DNA from: Schmidtea polychroa
Taxonomy: Eukaryota
Length of the DNA: 64,000 nucleotides
Reading direction: 5' to 3'
NCBI GenBank assembly: GCA_044892525.1
Contig: CM097885.1
Span: forward strand, 34,226,001-34,290,000
Shown: positions 53,101-64,000 of the stretch, in pieces
Layout of the letters: every line of letters starts with the position of its first letter
Numbering within the stretch: position 1 is the stretch's first letter
Position numbers and translations under genes: made by a program
Notes under the pieces: generated by a model
Seen by the model: the letters and a program-made list of their open reading frames with translations, nothing else
What the model was told of the DNA's origin: nothing
The model's database searches: none

Positions 53101-56100
53101 GCTCATCACTGGTAAATTCCACTAGAGCTTTATTTTCAAATTTTCATCAAACACCAATCTTATTTCCAACGTTCAAATTCATTATCATTTGAATTCAGAT
53201 CAATATAATATTTCAATTTCAATATTTGACAAGTGACATAAATTTTTTCAAAAATTTAATTGCCGCGAACCGGGATCGAACCAGTGACCTTTAGATCTTC
53301 AGTCTAACGCTCTCCCAACTGAGCTATCGCGGCTTATTTACAATAACAGACATCAGCTCATCACTGGTAAATTCCACTAGAGCTTTATTTTCAAATTTTC
53401 ATCAAACACCAATCTTATTTCCAACGTTCAAATTCATTATCATTTGAATTCAGATCAATATAATATTTCAATTTCAATATTTGACAAGTGACATAAATTT
53501 TTTCAAAAATTTAATTGCCGCGAACCGGGATCGAACCAGTGACCTTTAGATCTTCAGTCTAACGCTCTCCCAACTGAGCTATCGCGGCTTATTTACAATA
53601 ACAGACATCAGCTCATCACTGGTAAATTCCACTAGAGCTTTATTTTCAAATTTTCATCAAACACCAATCTTATTTCCAACGTTCAAATTCATTATCATTT
53701 GAATTCAGATCAATATAATATTTCAATTTCAATATTTGACAAGTGACATAAATTTTTTCAAAATTTAATTGCCGCGAACCGGGATCGAACCAGTGACCTT
53801 TAGATCTTCAGTCTAACGCTCTCCCAACTGAGCTATCGCGGCTTATTTACAATAACAGACATCAGCTCATCACTGGTAAATTCCACTAGAGCTTTATTTT
53901 CAAATTTTCATCAAACACCAATCTTATTTCCAACGTTCAAATTCATTATCATTTGAATTCAGATCAATATAATATTTCAATTTCAATATTTGACAAGTGA
54001 CATAAATTTTTTCAAAAATTTAATTGCCGCGAACCGGGATCGAACCAGTGACCTTTAGATCTTCAGTCTAACGCTCTCCCAACTGAGCTATCGCGGCTTA
54101 TTTACAATAACAGACATCAGCTCATCACTGGTAAATTCCACTAGAGCTTTATTTTCAAATTTTCATCAAACACCAATCTTATTTCCAACGTTCAAATTCA
54201 TTATCATTTGAATTCAGATCAATATAATATTTCAATTTCAATATTTGACAAGTGACATAAATTTTTTCAAAAATTTAATTGCCGCGAACCGGGATCGAAC
54301 CAGTGACCTTTAGATCTTCAGTCTAACGCTCTCCCAACTGAGCTATCGCGGCTTATTTACAATAACAGACATCAGCTCATCACTGGTAAATTCCACTAGA
54401 GCTTTATTTTCAAATTTTCATCAAACACCAATCTTATTTCCAACGTTCAAATTCATTATCATTTGAATTCAGATCAATATAATATTTCAATTTCAATATT
54501 TGACAAGTGACATAAATTTTTTCAAAAATTTAATTGCCGCGAACCGGGATCGAACCAGTGACCTTTAGATCTTCAGTCTAACGCTCTCCCAACTGAGCTA
54601 TCGCGGCTTATTTACAATAACAGACATCAGCTCATCACTGGTAAATTCCACTAGAGCTTTATTTTCAAATTTTCATCAAACACCAATCTTATTTCAACGT
54701 TCAAATTTCATTAGCATTTGAATTCAGATCAATATAATATTTCAATTTCAATAGTTGACAAGTGAATCCAAGTGACATAAATTTTTTCAAAAATTTAATT
54801 GCCGCGAACCGGGATCGAACCAGTGACCTTTAGATCTTCAGTCTAACGCTCTCCCAACTGAGCTATCGCGGCTTATTTACAATAACAGACATCAGCTCAT
54901 CACTGGTAAATTCCACTAGAGCTTTATTTTCAAATTTTCATCAAACACCAATCTTATTTCCAACGTTCAAATTCATTATCATTTGAATTCAGATCAATAT
55001 AATATTTCAATTTCAATATTTGACAAGTGACATAAATTTTTTCAAAAATTTAATTGCCGCGAACCGGGATCGAACCAGTGACCTTTAGATCTTCAGTCTA
55101 ACGCTCTCCCAACTGAGCTATCGCGGCTTATTTACAATAACAGACATCAGCTCATCACTGGTAAATTCCACTAGAGCTTTATTTCAAATTTTCATCAAAC
55201 ACCAATCTTATTTCCAACGTTCAAATTCATTATCATTTGAATTCAGATCAATATAATATTTCAATTTCAATATTTGACAAGTGACATAAATTTTTTCAAA
55301 AATTTAATTGCCGCGAACCGGGATCGAACCAGTGACCTTTAGATCTTCAGTCTAACGCTCTCCCAACTGAGCTATCGCGGCTTATTTACAATAACAGACA
55401 TCAGCTCATCACTGGTAAATTCCACTAGAGCTTTATTTTCAAATTTTCATCAAACACCAATCTTATTTCCAACGTTCAAATTCATTATCATTTGAATTCA
55501 GATCAATATAATATTTCAATTCAATATTTGACAAGTGACATAAATTTTTTCAAAAATTTAATTGCCGCGAACCGGGATCGAACCAGTGACCTTTAGATCT
55601 TCAGTCTAACGCTCTCCCAACTGAGCTATCGCGGCTTATTTACAATAACAGACATCAGCTCATCACTGGTAAATTCCACTAGAGCTTTATTTTCAAATTT
55701 TCATCAAACACCAATCTTATTTCCAACGTTCAAATTCATTATCATTTGAATTCAGATCAATATAATATTTCAATTTCAATATTTGACAAGTGACATAAAT
55801 TTTTTCAAAAATTTAATTGCCGCGAACCGGGATCGAACCAGTGACCTTTAGATCTTCAGTCTAACGCTCTCCCAACTGAGCTATCGCGGCTTATTTACAA
55901 TAACAGACATCAGCTCATCACTGGTAAATTCCACTAGAGCTTTATTTTCAAATTTTCATCAAACACCCAATCTTATTTCCAACGTTCAAATTCATTATCA
56001 TTTGAATTCAGATCAATATAATATTTCAATTTCAATATTTGACAAGTGACATAAATTTTTTCAAAAATTTAATTGCCGCGAACCGGGATCGAACCAGTGA

Positions 56101-56852
56101 CCTTTAGATCTTCAGTCTAACGCTCTCCCAACTGAGCTATCGCGGCTTATTTACAATAACAGACATCAGCTCATCACTGTTAAATTCCACTAGAGCTTAT
56201 TTTCAAATTTTCATCAAACACCCAATCTTATTTCCAACGTTCAAAATTCATTATCATTTGAATTCAGATCAATATAATATTTCAATTTCAATATTTGACA
56301 AGTGACATAATTTTTTTCAAAAATTTAATTGCCGCGAACCGGGATCGAACCAGTGACCTTTAGATCTTCAGTCTAACGCTCTCCGCCAAACTGAGCTATC
56401 GCGGCTGATTTACAAATACAAGACATCAGCTCATCACTGGTAAATTCCACTAGAGCTTTATTTTCAAATTTTCATCAAACACCAATCTTATTTCCAACGT
56501 TCAATTCATTATCATTTGAATTCAGATCAATATAATATTTCAATTTCAATATTTTGACAAGTGACATAAATTTTTTCAAAAATTTAATTGCCGCGAACCG
56601 GGATCCGAACCAGTGACCTTTAGATCTTCCAGGTCTAACGCTCTCCCCAACTGAGCTATCGCGGCATGTAGTTTACAATAACAGACATCAGCTCCTCACT
56701 GGTAATTTCCACTAGAGCTTATTTTTCAAATTTTACATCAACACCATCTTATTTCCAACGTTACACAATTCCATTATCATTTGAATTCAGATCAATATAA
56801 TATTTCACTTTCAATATTTTGGCAGGTGACATAAATTTTTTCAAAATTTAAT

Positions 56853-56908
56853 TGCCGCGAAACCTTTAGATCTTCAGTCTAACGCTCTCCCAACTGAGCT
56901 ATCGCGGC
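56853..56908 (-). pseudogene. tRNA-Phe copy lacking the T-arm/B-box (17-bp deletion); may be an assembly join artefact
   Basis: Reads gccgcgaa|acctttaga instead of gccgcgaa-ccgggatcgaaccagtg-acctttaga; sits at the abrupt end of an error-rich tract. Confidence 0.5.
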
Positions 56909-59900
56909 TTATTTACAATAACAGACATCAGCTCATCACTGGTAAATTCCACTAGAGCTTTATTTTCAAATTTTCATCAAACACCAATCTTATTTCCAAC
57001 GTTCAAATTCATTATCATTTGAATTCAGATCAATATAATATTTCAATTTCAATATTTGACAAGTGACATAAATTTTTTCAAAAATTTAATTGCCGCGAAC
57101 CGGGATCGAACCAGTGACCTTTAGATCTTCAGTCTAACGCTCTCCCAACTGAGCTATCGCGGCTTATTTACAATAACAGACATCAGCTCATCACTGGTAA
57201 ATTCCACTAGAGCTTTATTTTCAAATTTTCATCAAACACCAATCTTATTTCCAACGTTCAAATTCATTATCATTTGAATTCAGATCAATATAATATTTCA
57301 ATTTCAATATTTGACAAGTGACATAAATTTTTTCAAAAATTTAATTGCCGCGAACCGGGATCGAACCAGTGACCTTTAGATCTTCAGTCTAACGCTCTCC
57401 CAACTGAGCTATCGCGGCTTATTTACAATAACAGACATCAGCTCATCACTGGTAAATTCCACTAGAGCTTTATTTTCAAATTTTCATCAAACACCAATCT
57501 TATTTCCAACGTTCAAATTCATTATCATTTGAATTCAGATCAATATAATATTTCAATTTCAATATTTGACAAGTGACATAAATTTTTTCAAAAATTTAAT
57601 TGCCGCGAACCGGGATCGAACCAGTGACCTTTAGATCTTCAGTCTAACGCTCTCCCAACTGAGCTATCGCGGCTTATTTACAATAACAGACATCAGCTCA
57701 TCACTGGTAAATTCCACTAGAGCTTTATTTTCAAATTTTCATCAAACACCAATCTTATTTCCAACGTTCAAATTCATTATCATTTGAATTCAGATCAATA
57801 TAATATTTCAATTTCAATATTTGACAAGTGACATAAATTTTTTCAAAAATTTAATTGCCGCGAACCGGGATCGAACCAGTGACCTTTAGATCTTCAGTCT
57901 AACGCTCTCCCAACTGAGCTATCGCGGCTTATTTACAATAACAGACATCAGCTCATCACTGGTAAATTCCACTAGAGCTTTATTTTCAAATTTTCATCAA
58001 ACACCAATCTTATTTCCAACGTTCAAATTCATTATCATTTGAATTCAGATCAATATAATATTTCAATTTCAATATTTGACAAGTGACATAAATTTTTTCA
58101 AAAATTTAATTGCCGCGAACCGGGATCGAACCAGTGACCTTTAGATCTTCAGTCTAACGCTCTCCCAACTGAGCTATCGCGGCTTATTTACAATAACAGA
58201 CATCAGCTCATCACTGGTAAATTCCACTAGAGCTTTATTTTCAAATTTTCATCAAACACCAATCTTATTTCCAACGTTCAAATTCATTATCATTTGAATT
58301 CAGATCAATATAATATTTCAATTTCAATATTTGACAAGTGACATAAATTTTTTCAAAAATTTAATTGCCGCGAACCGGGATCGAACCAGTGACCTTTAGA
58401 TCTTCAGTCTAACGCTCTCCCAACTGAGCTATCGCGGCTTATTTACAATAACAGACATCAGCTCATCACTGGTAAATTCCACTAGAGCTTTATTTTCAAA
58501 TTTTCATCAAACACCAATCTTATTTCCAACGTTCAAATTCATTATCATTTGAATTCAGATCAATATAATATTTCAATTTCAATATTTGACAAGTGACATA
58601 AATTTTTTCAAAAATTTAATTGCCGCGAACCGGGATCGAACCAGTGACCTTTAGATCTTCAGTCTAACGCTCTCCCAACTGAGCTATCGCGGCTTATTTA
58701 CAATAACAGACATCAGCTCATCACTGGTAAATTCCACTAGAGCTTTATTTTCAAATTTTCATCAAACACCAATCTTATTTCCAACGTTCAAATTCATTAT
58801 CATTTGAATTCAGATCAATATAATATTTCAATTTCAATATTTGACAAGTGACATAAATTTTTTCAAAAATTTAATTGCCGCGAACCGGGATCGAACCAGT
58901 GACCTTTAGATCTTCAGTCTAACGCTCTCCCAACTGAGCTATCGCGGCTTATTTACAATAACAGACATCAGCTCATCACTGGTAAATTCCACTAGAGCTT
59001 TATTTTCAAATTTTCATCAAACACCAATCTTATTTCCAACGTTCAAATTCATTATCATTTGAATTCAGATCAATATAATATTTCAATTTCAATATTTGAC
59101 AAGTGACATAAATTTTTTCAAAAATTTAATTGCCGCGAACCGGGATCGAACCAGTGACCTTTAGATCTTCAGTCTAACGCTCTCCCAACTGAGCTATCGC
59201 GGCTTATTTACAATAACAGACATCAGCTCATCACTGGTAAATTCCACTAGAGCTTTATTTTCAAATTTTCATCAAACACCAATCTTATTTCCAACGTTCA
59301 AATTCATTATCATTTGAATTCAGATCAATATAATATTTCAATTTCAATATTTGACAAGTGACATAAATTTTTTCAAAAATTTAATTGCCGCGAACCGGGA
59401 TCGAACCAGTGACCTTTAGATCTTCAGTCTAACGCTCTCCCAACTGAGCTATCGCGGCTTATTTACAATAACAGACATCAGCTCATCACTGGTAAATTCC
59501 ACTAGAGCTTTATTTTCAAATTTTCATCAAACACCAATCTTATTTCCAACGTTCAAATTCATTATCATTTGAATTCAGATCAATATAATATTTCAATTTC
59601 AATATTTGACAAGTGACATAAATTTTTTCAAAAATTTAATTGCCGCGAACCGGGATCGAACCAGTGACCTTTAGATCTTCAGTCTAACGCTCTCCCAACT
59701 GAGCTATCGCGGCTTATTTACAATAACAGACATCAGCTCATCACTGGTAAATTCCACTAGAGCTTTATTTTCAAATTTTCATCAAACACCAATCTTATTT
59801 CCAACGTTCAAATTCATTATCATTTGAATTCAGATCAATATAATATTTCAATTTCAATATTTGACAAGTGACATAAATTTTTTCAAAAATTTAATTGCCG

Positions 59901-62900
59901 CGAACCGGGATCGAACCAGTGACCTTTAGATCTTCAGTCTAACGCTCTCCCAACTGAGCTATCGCGGCTTATTTACAATAACAGACATCAGCTCATCACT
60001 GGTAAATTCCACTAGAGCTTTATTTTCAAATTTTCATCAAACACCAATCTTATTTCCAACGTTCAAATTCATTATCATTTGAATTCAGATCAATATAATA
60101 TTTCAATTTCAATATTTGACAAGTGACATAAATTTTTTCAAAAATTTAATTGCCGCGAACCGGGATCGAACCAGTGACCTTTAGATCTTCAGTCTAACGC
60201 TCTCCCAACTGAGCTATCGCGGCTTATTTACAATAACAGACATCAGCTCATCACTGGTAAATTCCACTAGAGCTTTATTTTCAAATTTTCATCAAACACC
60301 AATCTTATTTCCAACGTTCAAATTCATTATCATTTGAATTCAGATCAATATAATATTTCAATTTCAATATTTGACAAGTGACATAAATTTTTTCAAAAAT
60401 TTAATTGCCGCGAACCGGGATCGAACCAGTGACCTTTAGATCTTCAGTCTAACGCTCTCCCAACTGAGCTATCGCGGCTTATTTACAATAACAGACATCA
60501 GCTCATCACTGGTAAATTCCACTAGAGCTTTATTTTCAAATTTTCATCAAACACCAATCTTATTTCCAACGTTCAAATTCATTATCATTTGAATTCAGAT
60601 CAATATAATATTTCAATTTCAATATTTGACAAGTGACATAAATTTTTTCAAAAATTTAATTGCCGCGAACCGGGATCGAACCAGTGACCTTTAGATCTTC
60701 AGTCTAACGCTCTCCCAACTGAGCTATCGCGGCTTATTTACAATAACAGACATCAGCTCATCACTGGTAAATTCCACTAGAGCTTTATTTTCAAATTTTC
60801 ATCAAACACCAATCTTATTTCCAACGTTCAAATTCATTATCATTTGAATTCAGATCAATATAATATTTCAATTTCAATATTTGACAAGTGACATAAATTT
60901 TTTCAAAAATTTAATTGCCGCGAACCGGGATCGAACCAGTGACCTTTAGATCTTCAGTCTAACGCTCTCCCAACTGAGCTATCGCGGCTTATTTACAATA
61001 ACAGACATTAGCTCATCACTGGTAAATTCCACTAGAGCTTTATTTTCAAATTTTCATCAAACACCAATCTTATTTCCAACGTTCAAATTCATTATCATTT
61101 GAATTCAGATCAATATAATATTTCAATTTCAATATTTGACAAGTGACATAAATTTTTTCAAAAATTTAATTGCCGCGAACCGGGATCGAACCAGTGACCT
61201 TTAGATCTTCAGTCTAACGCTCTCCCAACTGAGCTATCGCGGCTTATTTACAATAACAGACATCAGCTCATCACTGGTAAATTCCACTAGAGCTTTATTT
61301 TCAAATTTTCATCAAACACCAATCTTATTTCCAACGTTCAAATTCATTATCATTTGAATTCAGATCAATATAATATTTCAATTTCAATATTTGACAAGTG
61401 ACATAAATTTTTTCAAAAATTTAATTGCCGCGAACCGGGATCGAACCAGTGACCTTTAGATCTTCAGTCTAACGCTCTCCCAACTGAGCTATCGCGGCTT
61501 ATTTACAATAACAGACATCAGCTCATCACTGGTAAATTCCACTAGAGCTTTATTTTCAAATTTTCATCAAACACCAATCTTATTTCCAACGTTCAAATTC
61601 ATTATCATTTGAATTCAGATCAATATAATATTTCAATTTCAATATTTGACAAGTGACATAAATTTTTTCAAAAATTTAATTGCCGCGAACCGGGATCGAA
61701 CCAGTGACCTTTAGATCTTCAGTCTAACGCTCTCCCAACTGAGCTATCGCGGCTTATTTACAATAACAGACATCAGCTCATCACTGGTAAATTCCACTAG
61801 AGCTTTATTTTCAAATTTTCATCAAACACCAATCTTATTTCCAACGTTCAAATTCATTATCATTTGAATTCAGATCAATATAATATTTCAATTTCAATAT
61901 TTGACAAGTGACATAAATTTTTTCAAAAATTTAATTGCCGCGAACCGGGATCGAACCAGTGACCTTTAGATCTTCAGTCTAACGCTCTCCCAACTGAGCT
62001 ATCGCGGCTTATTTACAATAACAGACATCAGCTCATCACTGGTAAATTCCACTAGAGCTTTATTTTCAAATTTTCATCAAACACCAATCTTATTTCCAAC
62101 GTTCAAATTCATTATCATTTGAATTCAGATCAATATAATATTTCAATTTCAATATTTGACAAGTGACATAAATTTTTTCAAAAATTTAATTGCCGCGAAC
62201 CGGGATCGAACCAGTGACCTTTAGATCTTCAGTCTAACGCTCTCCCAACTGAGCTATCGCGGCTTATTTACAATAACAGACATCAGCTCATCACTGGTAA
62301 ATTCCACTAGAGCTTTATTTTCAAATTTTCATCAAACACCAATCTTATTTCCAACGTTCAAATTCATTATCATTTGAATTCAGATCAATATAATATTTCA
62401 ATTTCAATATTTGACAAGTGACATAAATTTTTTCAAAAATTTAATTGCCGCGAACCGGGATCGAACCAGTGACCTTTAGATCTTCAGTCTAACGCTCTCC
62501 CAACTGAGCTATCGCGGCTTATTTACAATAACAGACATCAGCTCATCACTGGTAAATTCCACTAGAGCTTTATTTTCAAATTTTCATCAAACACCAATCT
62601 TATTTCCAACGTTCAAATTCATTATCATTTGAATTCAGATCAATATAATATTTCAATTTCAATATTTGACAAGTGACATAAATTTTTTCAAAAATTTAAT
62701 TGCCGCGAACCGGGATCGAACCAGTGACCTTTAGATCTTCAGTCTAACGCTCTCCCAACTGAGCTATCGCGGCTTATTTACAATAACAGACATCAGCTCA
62801 TCACTGGTAAATTCCACTAGAGCTTTATTTTCAAATTTTCATCAAACACCAATCTTATTTCCAACGTTCAAATTCATTATCATTTGAATTCAGATCAATA

Positions 62901-63720
62901 TAATATTTCAATTTCAATATTTGACAAGTGACATAAATTTTTTCAAAAATTTAATTGCCGCGAACCGGGATCGAACCAGTGACCTTTAGATCTTCAGTCT
63001 AACGCTCTCCCAACTGAGCTATCGCGGCTTATTTACAATAACAGACATCAGCTCATCACTGGTAAATTCCACTAGAGCTTTATTTTCAAATTTTCATCAA
63101 ACACCAATCTTATTTCCAACGTTCAAATTCATTATCATTTGAATTCAGATCAATATAATATTTCAATTTCAATATTTGACAAGTGACATAAATTTTTTCA
63201 AAAATTTAATTGCCGCGAACCGGGATCGAACCAGTGACCTTTAGATCTTCAGTCTAACGCTCTCCCAACTGAGCTATCGCGGCTTATTTACAATAACAGA
63301 CATCAGCTCATCACTGGTAAATTCCACTAGAGCTTTATTTTCAAATTTTCATCAAACACCAATCTTATTTCCAACGTTCAAATTCATTATCATTTGAATT
63401 CAGATCAATATAATATTTCAATTTCAATATTTGACAAGTGACATAAATTTTTTCAAAAATTTAATTGCCGCGAACCGGGATCGAACCAGTGACCTTTAGA
63501 TCTTCAGTCTAACGCTCTCCCAACTGAGCTATCGCGGCTTATTTACAATAACAGACATCAGCTCATCACTGGTAAATTCCACTAGAGCTTTATTTTCAAA
63601 TTTTCATCAAACACCAATCTTATTTCCAACGTTCAAATTCATTATCATTTGAATTCAGATCAATATAATATTTCAATTTCAATATTTGACAAGTGACATA
63701 AATTTTTTCAAAAATTTAAT

Positions 63721-63793
63721 TGCCGCGAACCGGGATCGAACCAGTGACCTTTAGATCTTCAGTCTAACGCTCTCCCAACTGAGCTATCGCGGC
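63721..63793 (-). tRNA. tRNA-Phe-GAA: tRNA-Phe(GAA), last complete copy in the window
   Basis: Identical to the copy at 8126-8198. Confidence 0.97.
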
Positions 63794-64000
63794 TTATTTA
63801 CAATAACAGACATCAGCTCATCACTGGTAAATTCCACTAGAGCTTTATTTTCAAATTTTCATCAAACACCAATCTTATTTCCAACGTTCAAATTCATTAT
63901 CATTTGAATTCAGATCAATATAATATTTCAATTTCAATATTTGACAAGTGACATAAATTTTTTCAAAAATTTAATTGCCGCGAACCGGGATCGAACCAGT

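Larger units (their letters stand above)
8040..64000 (-). repeat. Tandem array of a 255-bp unit, each with one tRNA-Phe(GAA) gene; about 219 complete copies plus one partial
   Basis: tRNA 3' ends fall at 8126, 8381, 8636 and so on (period 255); the last, partial copy is at 63976. Units are essentially identical except rare SNPs and a noisy patch at ~53.7-56.9 kb. Confidence 0.99.

Noticed and set aside
46323..61009. Singleton spacer SNPs at 46323 (A>C) and 61009 (C>T)
   Set aside because: Isolated, outside the tRNA, with no pattern; could be private mutations or errors.
8040..64000. CRISPR-like repeat-spacer array
   Set aside because: Spacers are identical, the conserved part is a eukaryotic tRNA gene, and there are no cas genes.

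Overview
Eukaryotic, AT-rich window with two parts. (1) About 395-7615, minus strand: a non-LTR retrotransposon of the restriction-like-endonuclease (RLE; R2/NeSL-type) group. Domain order is Ulp1/C48-like cysteine protease, reverse transcriptase, CCHC knuckle, RLE. Its three predicted ORFs are collinear and look like one ~2,400-codon polyprotein broken only by a frameshift at an A14 tract (7112-7125) and one in-frame TGA (5006-5008). The protease region appears triplicated, with one catalytically intact copy and two degenerate ones. The 5' 311 bp of the element are duplicated in inverted orientation (7734-8044) and join directly to part 2. (2) 8040-64000: a nearly homogeneous head-to-tail array of a 255-bp unit, each carrying one minus-strand tRNA-Phe(GAA) gene (about 219 complete copies plus one partial), running off the window end. 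The sequence just 5' of the element resembles the array spacer at the junction (CAACGTTCAAAT), suggesting a retrotransposon that targets tRNA-array spacers. A ~28-nt segment just past the RT stop codon is complementary to the element's 5' coding region. The element's 3' junction is not visible. The host cannot be identified from the sequence; the architecture recalls NeSL-clade elements of planarians and nematodes, which is an inference only.
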